Shown piece after piece: positions 1-13,184 of a stretch of 64,000 nt of DNA; positions within the stretch are counted from its first letter, which is position 1, and each line of letters opens with the position of its first letter. Made by a program: the position numbers and the translations under genes. Under the pieces are notes generated by a model, which saw only the letters and a list, made by a program, of their open reading frames with translations, searched no databases and was not told the DNA's origin. The DNA is taken from NCBI RefSeq assembly GCF_009914755.1, contig NC_060947.1. The stretch is one strand, 5' to 3'. Origin of the DNA: the human T2T-CHM13v2.0 reference genome, Homo sapiens.

Positions 1-339
1 GGAATACAAGAAAATGCAACCCTCATGGAGAAAATTTGCAGTGCTAAAAACTGGGAAATAGACTGGGAACTGTGTACACACAACTGCTTTCCAGCTGTAG
101 CTTTAATAAGAGGAATAAACCATGACCCATGTGATAGAGTGAAGGTAGAAATAATCAATGTACTCTATTTGTGAACAATCATCATGTCTCAGCAGATTTT
201 ATTTCAGTAGTAGATGAGTAATAAAAATATATTTAAAAAATAACTTTTACATTACTGAATTTCTTGAATCTTTCTTGCAGTATTTTTAAATCAATATTAA
301 TATTTAATACTAATCTTTCAATATTTAATATCTTTATCA

Positions 340-455
340 AATCTATAAAACATTGTAGTTTTTGAAGGTTCTTTCCAGTAAAATAAGGCCAGAAAAAGAA
401 ATGAAATCATTAAGACTGAAAGTAAAACACAAAATGTCATTATTTACAGACATTA
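340..455 (+). mobile_element. Ancient L1 (L1M) ORF2 fragment
   Basis: Degenerate match to the L1 ORF2 region encoding ...EVLA..IRQEKEIK...LFADD (gaaggttctttccag...aaggccagaaaaagaaatgaaa...tcattatttacagac). Confidence 0.55.
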
Positions 456-1107
456 TTATATAATATTAATATTAAATATCATTTATATTTTATTAATATT
501 AAATTATTAAATATTATTTAATATTAACCTTAAATATAAAATATTGATAAAATATTGATGAAAAATGTATTTCAGGAAAAACTTTTTTATTTCTTTCAGG
601 AAAAACTTTTTATTCCTTTCATGTCAGTTGCTAATTTTTGTTTTTAGAAGAATTTGCCCATTTTGCTTGAATTCTCATATTCATTGGCATTCATTTGTTA
701 ATAAGTTTTTAAAATATTTATAATAATGATACTGATATCCCCTTTCTTTTTTTATAGTAATTTGTTCTTGCCTTTTTTTCTCTTTGGTGCTTATAAGGTG
801 CTAATCAATTTTATTTGTATTGCAAAATGACTGATTTGTTTAAATTATGTCTACTGTATATTTGTTTTCCATTTCAATAAATTCTGTCTGTATTTTTCTA
901 CATTAAAAAAACTAAGTTGCTGTGTTTTTTCCATTCTCTTGAGATGTATGCTATAATAATTGATATGCAACTGTTTTCAATTTCTATATGCTTTTAAGCC
1001 TGTAACTTTCCCCAAAATTTCAGCTGCAGCTCCGTCAAAGTAATATATAAAATTTTTATTGTCATTAAGGCAAATATATTTCTGAATATTATTGCAACAT
1101 ATTCTTC

Positions 1108-1642
1108 TTGGGGGGTACTTTTATTTATTTTTCTATTGATACATATTAGATGTACATATTTTCGGGGTATGTGGGATAATTTGATACTTTTGTAAAATCG
1201 AATTATGATAATTGGAATATCTATCACCTTAATTATTTATCTTTCTTTATGCTAGAGACACAAATTATTCTCTTCTATCTATTTTGAAATGTACAACTGT
1301 TTAATGTCAACTATAGTCAACTTACTGATCTATCAATGGAGAAAGGGCAGTCTCTTCAACAAATGGTGTTGGAAAAACTGAATAACCATATGCAGAAGAA
1401 TGAAGCTGAACCCGTAACTCTCACCATAAACAAAAATCAGATCAGAACAGTTTAAAGACAAATCTAAGAAAATAAATTAGGAAACTACTAGAAGAATACA
1501 TTGTGGAAACACTCCAGGACATTGGTCTGACAAATGTTTTATGTGTAAGACATTCTCCAAACCACAGACAATGAAAGCAAAAATGGACGAATGTGACTGA
1601 TTCAAGCTGAAAAGCTTCTGTGCAGCAAAGGAAACAACAAAG
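1108..1642 (-). mobile_element. 5'-truncated, 5'-inverted L1MA-type element
   Basis: L1MA 3' end with poly(T) on - (1118-1335) joined to a + oriented late-ORF2 piece (1336-1642). Flanked by tgcaacatattcttc (1093-1107) and tgcagtatattcttc (1643-1657). Confidence 0.75.
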
Positions 1643-2615
1643 TGCAGTATATTCTTCACCTCATGGTTATTTAAATGTGCAAAGCATATTTTCAAACATT
1701 TGGAGATGTTCTTGTTATATTTTAGTTATTGAGCTCTAGTTTAAACCCCCAGAGAATAGAGCACACAGTTTGTAATATTTCTGTCTTTAGAAATTTATCA
1801 AGTTTCTATTGTCCATGTCTTCTTGAAAATAATGTGCATTGTGCAGTTATTGGTTGTAGAGTTCAACATGTGGTAAATAGGTCGATATCCTTAATAATTT
1901 TCTTTGGCTCTTCTATAACCATCCTGATTTTTGCATGCTTGTTCCAACAGTTTTTGGGGATGGGTTGAGTTACTTTTCTTGTTTTATTTTGTCAAATACT
2001 TTTTATCATCATTCACCTCATCACCATTGTCTTCCTTTCTCTCTGCCTCTTCTGCCTTCTCCTATTTCTCTTCCTCCATGCTGGATTTTATTCTATGCTT
2101 TTACTATCATTTTTTTCTATGTCCTTATTGCCTATATCTCACAATATCTCATATATATATATATATAGTTATGTATCATGAAACTAGTACTAATATTTTT
2201 AACCCAGTTATTTTATGTTTAATGTATTAACTGATATCTTTAGATTGAAGTCTACAATCTTACTATTAAAAAAATTGTAATATTGTCTTGTTCCCTTCTC
2301 ATTTGTATCTTGTCTTTCAGCAAATGTTGTCTATTTAGCAAATTTTTAATCAGGAGATACGGGTTGTCAGTCTTCTTGCTGTTGTTTATATTCCTTATCT
2401 ATTAGTATGATGGTAATAAATTTTTATATTATTATTTCATTGGTTATCTTAGAGATTATAAAATATTCCCCTGACTTACTGATCTCTACCTGAAATGCTA
2501 GGACCTTACAAAATTTTGACCTCTATTTATTACCTTTCTGTCTTTTCTAATAATGTTGTCATAGACTTTTATTCTACATATATTTTATATCTGATTACAT
2601 TATAATTATTTTATG

Positions 2616-3239
2616 TGTAAAACAAAAATAAAATTCTAAGCCTCCCAAACATCTGGATGGACCCTTCCTCTTGACAAAGGACATTCCAAAGTTAATCTGA
2701 AAAACTAGTTCAGGTCATGATAGGAAGGGGAGGTCAGACATGCCTTATTATAGTCTCTTCCCTTTTGGAATTCAGGAACAGCTGACCAGCATTAATATCA
2801 ACAGAGACTTTAATTCTGATAAGAAACATTTACAATATATTATCTCTGAAGCCTGCTACCTGGAGGCTTCTTCTGCATGGAAAAGCTTTTGTTCCCACAA
2901 CTCTTTATTGTAACCCAGAAATTCCCTTCTATTGATTCCAGGTCTTTAGATAATAACTCTTTCAACCAATTGCCAAACAGAAAATCTTTAAATCTACCTA
3001 TGACCTGGAAGGCCCTGCTTCAAATTGTCCTGCATTTCCAGATCGAACCAATGTACATCTTACATTTATTGACTGATGTATGCTGTCTCCCTAAAATGTG
3101 TAAAAGCAAGCTGTACCCTTAACACCCTGGACTCATGTCATCAGGACCTCTTAAGGCTGTGTCACAGGTACATTCTTAATCTTGACAAAACAAACTTTCT
3201 AAATTGAATGAGACCTGTCTCAGATAATTTTGGTTCACA
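2616..3239 (+). mobile_element. ERV1 solo LTR, MER4 family
   Basis: Starts tgtaaaacaaaaataaaattctaagcc and ends tttggttcaca (TG...CA). Near-identical 4-bp flanks tatg/aatg. Confidence 0.8.
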
Positions 3240-3884
3240 AATGCAATCAACATTTATTTAGATTTATCCATATATTCACTTTTCAGTACTCTTCATTCCT
3301 TTCTAAATTATAATGCTTGTGTGTGAGGTACATTTCCTTTTAATTATGAAACCCCATTATGATATTTTTCAGTATGGGTTTGCTAGTAATGAATTTCTTT
3401 AGTTTTTTATTTTCTGAAACCAGTTTAGGCTTTCTAATTTTACATTTAAAATTTTTACTGCTTACAATTGTATATGAAGATTGTTAAACAAATTAATTAA
3501 AAATTTTTTTCTCAGCTTTATTGAACTTTTATTTATGTAGAATAAGTGCATCCATTTTTGTACTGTGCAATTTGATGATTTCTGGCAAATGTATATACTC
3601 ATGCAAACCAACACCACAATCTATATCTACATGTAATATATTAAATCATATATATTATATAACCAATGTTATGCATAATATATTATGTATATTTTATACT
3701 TTATTGTTATTTTATATTATGCAATATATTCTTATGTACTTCACTGACATATGTGTATGTGTATATATGTATGTGTGTATGTCTGTTACATGCCCATCAT
3801 CTCAAAAGTTTCCTAAGTGCCATTTCCCAGTCAATCTCCTCTGTTTCCAGCCCTAGGCAATCACTGATCTCTGTGCCACCTTGT

Positions 3885-4135
3885 ATACATGCAGACAGAA
3901 GAAATAAGACCTGGCATTCAATGGATCAGTAGGGTAATTATAGTTAACATTGATCAATTATACATTTCAAAATAGCTAGAAAATAATAATTTGAGTATTC
4001 CTAGTGTAAAGGAAAGATAAATACTTAAGGTGATAAATATCCCAATTATCTTAATTTGATTATTTAAATGCATGAAATTTTCACATATACCTCCAAAATA
4101 TGTATATCTAATATGTATCAATAAAAATACATTTA
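3885..4135 (+). mobile_element. L1MA 3' end fragment
   Basis: tacatttcaaaatagctagaa...aaggtgataaatatccc...tatgtatcaataaaaa terminus. Confidence 0.8.
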
Positions 4136-4159
4136 AAACTTCTGAAAATAATTTATCTT

Positions 4160-4267
4160 TCTTGATATCTGCACCTCCATGTTTATTGCAACTCCGTTTA
4201 CAACAGCCAATATACGAAAGCAAACTTAGTGTCTTTCAACAGACACACTTATTAAAAAATATGGTAA

Positions 4268-4304
<37 letters not shown>

Positions 4305-4815
4305 ATGGAGTATTATTAAGCCACAACAAATAATGAAATCCTGTTATCTGAAGCAACATAGATGAAACTGGAAATCATATATATAAGTGAAATAAGCCAA
4401 ACACAGAAAGACAAATATCACATGTTCTCACTCATGTGGAAGATAAAAAAGTTTACCTCATAAATGTAGAGAGTAGAATGATGGTTACCAGAGGTGGGGA
4501 AGTGTGGGAGGAGGGAGGTGAAGAGATATTGGTTAATGAGGCAAAAATATGGTCAGAGAAAATACATTACAGTGTTTGATAGCACTGTACATTGACTATA
4601 GCTAAGAATAATGTATTGTATATTTCAAAATAGGAGGAAGAGAAGATTTGGAATGTATCCAACACAAATAAATGATAAATCCTTGAGGTGATGGATATCC
4701 TAATTATTTGATATGATTTGATTATTACAAATTGTATGTATGTATCAAAATATAATATGTATCCCACACACATGTACAATTATTATGTATCAATAAAAAT
4801 CATGAAAAAGAAAAC
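4160..4815 (+). mobile_element. L1MA 3' UTR fragment with (TA)n(CA)n
   Basis: agccaaacacagaaagacaaatatcacatgttctcactc...ttgaggtgatggatatcc...tatgtatcaataaaaa. Confidence 0.85.
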
Positions 4816-5015
4816 ATAGATTTTTAAAAAAGAATTTCACATAAGTGAAATCATATAGTATACACATTTTTTTTGCACTTGACTTTTTTTTCACCCAGCC
4901 AAATGTTTGTGAGATTCGTTCATAGTTTGGTTTGGATCAGCAGTAGCTTCCTTTTTATTACTAAATTGTATTCCATTTCTTGATTATATTATAATTTGTT
5001 ACTTCATTCACCCAT

Positions 5016-5388
5016 TGCTTTAGTCAATTTCCACACTGCTATAAGGAACTACCTGAGACTGGGCAATTTATGAAGAAAAGAGTTTTAACTGACTTACAGT
5101 TTCACAGGTTTAACAGGAAGCATGACTGGAAGACCTTAGGAAACTTACAATCATGGCAGAAGGTGAAGGGGAAGCAAGCACCTTCTTCATATGGTGGCAG
5201 GAGACAGCGAGTGGGGAAGTGCCACATACTTTTAAACCATCAGGTATTGAGAACACACTATCACGGGGAAAGCATGGGGGAAATTCCATACCCATGTTCC
5301 AATCACCTCCCACCAGGCCCTTCCCCTAACATTGGGAATTACAATTCAACATCAGATTTGGGTGGGAACACACAGCCAAATCATATCA
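5016..5388 (-). mobile_element. MaLR solo LTR (MSTA/THE1 family)
   Basis: acctgagactgggcaatttatgaagaaaagag...cagccaaatcatatca. 5-bp TSD cccat/cctat. Confidence 0.9.
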
Positions 5389-6044
5389 CCTATTGATTGA
5401 TATTTGTTTTCATATCTATTGTGACTAAAGTTACTATGAAGAGTCATGAGAGTCATGTACAATTGTTAGTACAGACATATCTTTTCTTATATTTTTGGTA
5501 AATATGTTAAGGTGAAATCATTGAGATTTATGGTAAGTTCATCTTTAACTTTATAAGAATCTGCCAGATGCTTTCAAAACTGTTTCTACCACTATGCATT
5601 CCCACTAATAGTTTAAGAGAGTTCCAGGAATTCAATATTCTCATCAACATTTAGGGTTGCCAGACTCTTTTTTAACCATTCTAATATATGTATGGTTGTA
5701 TTTTGGTGTGGCTTTTTTTTTTTTTTTTACATTTCTTGGATGATTAATTATGTTGAGCATTTTTGGGGGGCTTATTGGAATTTTTATTTCTTCTTTTGTG
5801 AAGTTTTTAAAAAAAATTTGTTTACTTTTTAAAGTTGCATTATCTTTCTGTTAGTTTATAAGATTCTTACGTATGTTGTGAATATAATTCCTTTGTCAGA
5901 TATATAAATTGTAAATATTTTTTCAATGTTTGCCTTGGCTTTTCATTTTCTTAATAATGACTGAGTTATACATTTTGAAGAATTTCAATTTAAATTTTTT
6001 TGTTAGTGTGTTTTGTGATATCTCTAAGAAGTTATATCATACAC

Positions 6045-6399
6045 TGATATAGTTTGGCTTTGTCCTTATCCAAATCTCATCTAGAATTCCCACATGCTGT
6101 GGGAGGGACCTGGTGGGAGGTAATTGAATCATGGGGGCAGGTCCTTTCCGTGCTGTTCTCGTGATATTGAATGAATCTCACAAGATCTGATGGCTTTATG
6201 AGGCAGAGTTTCCCTGCACAAGCTCTCTTTTTGCCTGCTGCAATTCATGTAAGATGTGCCTTGCTCTTCCTAGCCTTCTGCTGTGATTGTGAGGCTTCCC
6301 CAGCCACATGAAACTATAAGTCCAATTAAACCTCTTTCTTTTGTGAATTGCACAGTTTCAGGTATGTCTTTATCAGCATCGTGAAAACAGACTAATACA
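6045..6399 (+). mobile_element. THE1 solo LTR (MaLR)
   Basis: tgatatagtttggct...gtgaaaacagactaataca. 5-bp TSD tacac/taccc. Confidence 0.92.
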
Positions 6400-6804
6400 T
6401 ACCCCAAAATTGTAACAATTTTTTCTATATTTTCTTCTATAAATTAGATCTGTGATCCATTTTCAAAGTAATTTTTTTTGCAGACTTGGAGGAATGGGTC
6501 AAGGTTCAATTTTTTTCTATTTGAATATGAAGTTGTTGGAACATGACTTGTTGAAAGATTATTCCTGCTGTATTAAGTAAGTTTGGCAACTTTCTCAAAA
6601 ATAAGTTGATCTTATATGTGTGGTCTATTTCTGGATTTTGAGCTTGTCTCTTACATCTATATGTTTACCATTATACAAATACTATATTTTCTTGATTACT
6701 ATAGCTTTATAATAAATGTTGGAATCAGGTAAAGTTCTCTTTTTTTTCAAAATTGTTTTGGCTATTCTTTATCCTTTACATTTACGTATACATTTTAGAA
6801 TCAG

Positions 6805-6966
6805 GGAGCAGGGGCATGGGTTGAAAAACTACCTATTAGGTACTGTGCTCATTACCTGAGTGATGAAGTCTATAACCTAAACCTTAGCATCAATCAATAT
6901 ACCTATGTAACAAACCTGCACATGTACCCCCTGTATCTAAAATAAGACTTGAAATTATATTAAAAA
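6805..6966 (+). mobile_element. Short L1P (old L1PA/L1PB) 3' end
   Basis: aaaaactacctattaggtac...tgtaacaaacctgcacatgtacccc...aaaataa. Confidence 0.85.
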
Positions 6967-7739
6967 ATTATTTTCAGCAAAAATGCCTACTGGAATTATT
7001 GAGATTGTGTTTGCTATTTATATTTATTTTTAAGAAAATTTATATCGTAAGAACTTTGAAGCTTCATACACATAAATTGAGTATCTCTTCATTCATTTGT
7101 ATATTATTTAAGTTCTCTAAGCAGTGATTTTAAAATGTCAGTGTAAAGATCTTAGATCTCTTTTGTTTAAATATTTTATCTTTCTGATATTCTTATAAAT
7201 GACTCCTGTTATTTAAATTTTCAAATATTAATTGTTTATAGAAATATAATAAATGTTTATAATACTATTTGTTTCCTGTGACTTTGCTAAACTCTAAACT
7301 CAAATATTAAATTTAGTAACTTTTTGCGGATTGCTTAATATTTTTCTAAAGACATGGTTATGTTTGTGAATAAGCTTGACCACAAATATATTATTTTCTT
7401 GAATCATTGTATAATAGTCTCCAAAAATTCCAGTGACATGTTAAATAGGAATGAAAAGAGTAGACAACCTTGTCTTATCCAGATCATCAGTAAAATAGTC
7501 TTTCATCATTAAGTATCAAGATAGCTTTGTGTTTTATATGAATGGTCTTTATCAGATTGAGTAAATCCCCTTGTATGCCTAGTTTGCTTGGTGTGAATCA
7601 TAAATGGGTATGAATTTAATCTAACACTTTTCCTTCATCTCTGATGTTCATGTGCATTTATTTTGCAGTTAACATAATGAATTATAGTTTATTGATAAGA
7701 AATTGACATAAAAATTAGACATATCTGTTTTCTCCAAGC

Positions 7740-8817
7740 CCTACTGAAGTTTGGTTGACAAAAAATATATATATTTAAAGTTTACAATATGATGCACACA
7801 TTGTATATGATTTTCACCATAAAGTTAACACATTCATCACTACTCATAGTTACCATGTTTTAGTGGTGAGAACACTTGGAATCTAGTCTCTTATCAGATT
7901 TTAAGTACACAATGTATTGTTATTAATATAGTCACCAGGCTGTATATTAGGTCTCCAGAGCTTATTTATCTTATAACTGAAAGTTTGTGCCCTTTGATAA
8001 ATATTACCCCTTTTCTCCCACCTCCCAGACCCTGGTAACCACCATTATACTCTGTTACTACGAGTTAAACTTTGCTTTAGGTTTCACAATAAGTGAGATA
8101 ATTTAGTATTTGTCTTTCTATATCTGGTTTGTGTGTGTGTGTGTCTGTATGTGCATCTGTCACATTTTCTTTGTCCATTCATCTGTTGATGAACACTTAG
8201 GATATTTTCATATTGTGGTTATTGGGAATAATGCTACAATGAATAGCAAAGTGAAATTATCTCTTAAAGAAAGTGATTTTTTTTATATATACATGAAAGT
8301 GGGATGGCTGGATCATATGAAGTTCTATTTTCCATTTTCTGAAAAGCCCCCCATACTGTTTTTCATAATGACTGATTTACATTCCCAACAACGGTGCCCA
8401 GAGTTCCCTTTACTCCATATTTTCTCAAACACTTGTTATATTTTGACTTTTGGGTAATATATTTCCTACCAGGAGTGAAATGACATCTCATTGGGATTTG
8501 GATTTGCATTTCCCTAATGATTAATATGTTGAGTAACTTTTCATACAACCGTCGGCCATTTTTATGTCTTCTTTGGAAAAGTGTCTATTTATATGCTTTG
8601 CCCATTGTTTAATCAGATTATTTGATTTTTTGCTATGGAGTTGTGTGAATTCCTTATATATTTTGAATATTGAGCTCTTATCAAATATACAGTTCACAAA
8701 CATTTTTTTTCTCAATACATCCTATACCTTTTCATTTTGGTGATTGATTTTGACTGTGCAGAAGGTATTTAGTTCGATTTCCACGTCTGTTTTTACTTTT
8801 GCTGCATGTGCTTTTGG

Positions 8818-8867
<50 letters not shown>

Positions 8868-9890
8868 GTATATATATGTGTATATATATATATGTATATA
8901 TATGTGTATATATATATGTATATATATGTGTATATATATATGTATATATATGTGTATATATATATGTATATATATGTGTATATATATATGTATATATATG
9001 TGTATATATATATGTATATATATGTGTATATATATATGTATATATATGTGTATATATATATGTATATATATGTGTATATATATATGTATATATATGTGTA
9101 CATATATATATGTATATATATACATATATTGTTAAGGCAAATGTCAGGGAGCTTTTCCTTGAGTTTTGTACTAGGAGTTTTATGGTTTCATGTCTTAGTT
9201 TAAATTTTTAGTCCATTTTGAGTTGAATGTTGTATATGGTGTAAGACATGTGTCCAATTTCGTTATTTTGCATATGATTATCCTGTTTTCCCAACACCGT
9301 TTATTGAAAAGACAGTTTTATCCCCATTGTATCATACAGGTTACACAGTAACTTGTGAAAAATTACTTTACCATATAAGTGTATATTTATTTATAGGTTC
9401 TTTATTCTGTTCCATTAGTTGATGAGTCTGCTTTTATGCCAGGGCTGTGTTATATTTATTACTATAGATTTGCAGTGTAATTTAATACTAGATGGTGTAA
9501 TTCACTCAGCTTTTTTTTTCCTCAGTATTCCTTTGGCTATTTGGGTTGTTTGGAGGTTCCATGTAAATTTTAGAATTGTTTTTTTTATTTCTGTGTAAAA
9601 TATCAGTGGAATATTGATAGGGATTGCATTGAACCTGGATATCATTTTAGGTAGTATGAACATTTTCATAATATTGAGTTTTCCCATCCATGAACACAAT
9701 ATATCTTTCCAATTATTTGTGCCTTCAATTTCTTTCATCAATATTTTGTAGATTTCAGTGTACAGCTCTTTAACCTTCTTGATTAAACTTGATTCTAAGT
9801 ATACTATTCTTTTGATGCTATTGTAAATTGGATAAGTTTCTTGCTTTATTTTCAAATAGGTTGTAATTAGTGTAAAGAAATGCAACGAAA
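7740..9890 (-). mobile_element. L1MA-type 3' ~1.8 kb (ORF2 C-terminus and 3' UTR)
   Basis: Minus-strand ORF remnants 9502-9885 ([18 protein letters not shown]), 8521-8715 and 8363-8548 resemble the L1 ORF2 C-terminus. Confidence 0.88.
8820..9129. repeat. (TC)n followed by a TA/TG microsatellite with a 24-bp higher-order unit
   Basis: About 10 near-perfect copies of a 24-bp unit (tgtgtatatatatatgtatatata). The 8-aa periodicity of ORF 8744-9211 (YIYVYICV) confirms the 24-bp period. Confidence 0.97.
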
Positions 9891-9899
9891 TGACTGTGT

Positions 9900-12800
9900 T
9901 TGAGAGGGGCTTCTAGATGCCTGATTAAAAGCATCTCCTACACACCTTCTCCACTACAAAGAACCAAAACAGTGAGAAGGTAATCATCTAAGATAGAATG
10001 CTAAAATTCAAAAAAAGAAGTGACAGGAGATACTCAAAGCAAAGAAGAGAGAGGAGAGGTGAGACAGCCTGAGACACTCCTCAATGTAGGGAAAAGGTAA
10101 GTGAGATTCCCCACAGTGGTCCAAATTCTTGCCACAAACTCTTACAATCCTAACCATGGGAGAACCACTTGACCCTTGTGGGCCCTGAGACTAACATAAG
10201 GAGCTCCGTGGAACCTGAATAAAGGCATAGGTCTAGAGATAGAGCTCATACTGTTTCCCACAAACACCTAAGTTCTTACTAGTGGCAACATGACACTATT
10301 ATAAGAGCCCAGCCTACACCATAATGTGTCCTACTCAGCAACTGAGGGCAAGGTAAGAGCTATGGGCAGCATTCTCATCAGCCCCAACAGAAGAGTAGCT
10401 GTGGATACTCATGCACCCTGAGGACAAATTCCACTGCTCACAACAGCTGCAGCGGTGGACTGCTGTGGGCCAAGGCACAAATAAAGTCTGTGCCCCCCAG
10501 ATGTCTGCCTATAGCTGCTCTCAAGGAAAGCAACCCTACACTCTCCAGTAGCAGGGTCACAGTGCAACTATTGTTGCCTCCACTGTAGCATTCCACCAGC
10601 AGGGCTCACCTTCTCCTGCATACCACAGTCAGCATTTATATGCACTATTGGGGTGCCTGAGGGCACAGCTTGGTTCAAGTTCACCCCACACTACCTGAGC
10701 ACAACCTCATCCACTATCAGTGTCACCTGAGCATTTCTTTGTGGGTTTAAAGTCATGTTCAGTCAACCCACTGCAACCACCACAACTGATGCCCCCTTCC
10801 CCCTCCCACACACACACACATCACCTGCGGGTCTGCGTACTAGACCGTTCAACTTGTTGCAGTCACCGCCAACACCAGTGAAGACCACTTAGGTTTCAGG
10901 GGATTGTCTTACCACTGCAACTGCCATCAGCCACACCACACCCACTGGCCATGAGTTCAAAAACCCACCTGCACATCTGTACCACCACTGTCATTTGTGG
11001 TACCCAAGCAAGACACCTGAAAGCCCAAGAATCAGCCTGCCTAGATTAGCTAACACTGGTGTCAGCATATGTTGCCCAGGGTCTGAAGGACAGTCACACT
11101 CAGCCCACCACTGCCAACACTGGAGATTGAACACTGGCTTACTTGTCATCATAGTCCCCAGCAAAACTTTACCACAAGGCTCCCCTAATAAATGCTCCCT
11201 AATCCAACAAAGAAATCACAGACATCACTGACACTGATTACAGCAAAAGCAAATCATACACAGGCTACACTGCTGCAGGCACGCAGAATCAAAGCCAGTG
11301 GGCCCTTGCCAATCAACACTACAGACACATTGTCAGGAAAAACTCCTTTCCCATGAAAGCAAATTCAAAAATTTCAAAGAACTGAGTTACAGCAGATGCA
11401 AAGGTATCAATGTAAGAACACAGGAAACATAAAGATCAAAGAAATATGTCACCTCCAATGTAACACAATAATTCTACAACAGATACAAATGAAAAATAAA
11501 TGCACAAATTCCACCCAAAAAAGAAATCAGAATTTTCATACTGAAGATCAGTGAGACACAAAAGAATTCTGAATAACAATATCAAGAAATCAGAAAAAAG
11601 TCAGGATATGAATGATAAATTTACCAAAGATACAGATATTACCAAAAAGAACAGAAATTCTAGAACTGAAGAATTCATTGAATAAAATAAACGAATACAT
11701 TTGTTAGGTTAAACGGTAGAATAAATATAGCAGAAGAAGGAATCTCAGAATGTGAAGTCATGTCTTCTGAAATAGACAAAAATTAAAAATAAAAATAAAA
11801 AAGAAGGATTAAAGACTTTTTGACACACTGGACACCACTAAGTGATCAAAGATATGATTATCTGTGTCCAAGAAAATGAAGAAAGGATGAAAAAGTTAGA
11901 AAATTATTTAACGAAATAATAGATAAAAGTTCTGAAGTCTGGCAAAAGACTTAGACAGCTAGACGGAAAAATCTCAGAGATCCACAAACATACGCAATGC
12001 AAAAGGGTCTTTGACATGGCACATTACAGTAAAACTGTCTAAAGTCAAAGACAGAGAGAATTCTAATAACACAAAGTGAAAAATGTCTAGTTGCCTATAA
12101 AGGAACACCCATCAGACTAACAGCATATTTCTCAGCAGAAACCTTACTGGCCAGGAGAGAATGGGATAATATATTCAAAGTGATAAGTGAAAAACAAAGC
12201 TAGCCAGTCATTCAATATACAACAAAATTATTTTTCATACATGAAGGAGAAATAAAGTATTTCCCAGAGAAACAAAAGCTGAGGGAATTTATTACTAGTA
12301 GACCAGTCCCACAAGAAAAGCCCAAAGAAGTCCTAAACTGGAAATAAAAGGATGACATTTATCATCATGAAAACAGATGAAAGTATAAAACTCGTGGGAA
12401 CAGCAAAAACACAAATGAGCAAGAAAAAGGGCAAAAATGATACCACTGTAGAAAACCACAAAACTACAATGACAAACAATAAGAGAAAATTAAAAAAAAA
12501 ACAAATAATACAAAAACAACCAGAAAACAATTAACTAGACAGAAACTAAGGCTCACATATCCAATAATGACCTTCAAGGTAAACAGGTCAAATTCTCCAC
12601 CTAAAAGGTATAGACTAGCTGAATGAATTTTAAAAACCCATGCTTTAACTGTATACCACCTGCAAGAAATTCATTTCACCTGTAAAGACACATGCAGACT
12701 GGAAATTTTAAAAAGGAAAATTTGTTTCATGCAAATATGAAACAAAATTGAGCAGAAGTAACTAAACTAATGTGAGATAAAACAGACTTTAAGTCAAAAA

Positions 12801-13065
12801 GAGTATAAAATGGTCATCATATAGTAATAAAAGGATCAATCCTGGAAAATGATTCAATAATTCTAAATATTGTGCACCCAACAGTGGATCAACCAGATTC
12901 ATAAAATAAATATTATTAGATCCAAATAAGGGAGATATACTCTAATACATTAATAATGGAGAACTTCAACACCCTACTGTAAGCATAGATAGATTACCTA
13001 GACAGAAAATTAACAAGGAAGCATTGGATTTAAACTGGAATTAAGACCAAATAAACATGACAAAC
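9900..13065 (+). mobile_element. Old primate/eutherian L1 5' portion (5' UTR, ORF1, start of ORF2 endonuclease), 3'-truncated
   Basis: GC-richer 5' UTR, ORF1 motifs (cccatcagactaacagcatatttctcagcagaaacctta; gaaggagaaataaagtatttccc) and EN motifs (caagaaattcatttcacctgtaaagacac). Confidence 0.85.
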
Positions 13066-13079
13066 TTGGGTCAAATAAA

Positions 13080-13184
13080 TGGGACTTCATCTTGTAATCA
13101 TGTGAGCTAATTCTTAATAAACTCCCTTTTATATATACATATATCTTGTAGGATCTGTCTCTCTGGAGAACCCTGACTAATACA
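13080..13184 (+). mobile_element. MLT2 (ERVL) LTR 3' terminal fragment
   Basis: ttaataaactcccttttatatatac...ctctggagaaccctgactaataca terminus. Confidence 0.8.

Larger units (their letters stand above)
600..3450 (-). mobile_element. Ancient L1 (L1M) ORF2-region remnant, interrupted by a younger L1 (1108-1642) and a MER4 LTR
   Basis: T-rich antisense-L1 motifs (aagaatttgcccatttt, gttctcttgaaaataatgtgcattgtgcagttattgg-like). Highly diverged, so boundaries are approximate. Confidence 0.55.
3500..7700 (-). mobile_element. Old L1 (L1MB/MC-like) 3' UTR and ORF2, fragmented by later insertions
   Basis: Antisense L1 3' UTR/ORF2 motifs (cattcccactaatag, cctttgtcagatata, ttgttttggctattct) continue across the L1MA, MST, THE1 and L1P inserts. 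Confidence 0.7.

Noticed and set aside
455-615. AT-rich quasi-palindromes and a ~25-bp tandem duplication (tttcaggaaaaacttttt)
   Set aside because: Low-complexity slippage. No spacers or cas genes, so not CRISPR-like.
1118-4135. Inverted similarity between 1118-1335 and 3920-4135
   Set aside because: About 80% identity by eye with indels, consistent with two independent copies of one L1MA subfamily.
8732-9211. Five overlapping Tyr/Ile-rich ORFs
   Set aside because: Translation artefacts of the TA/TG microsatellite.
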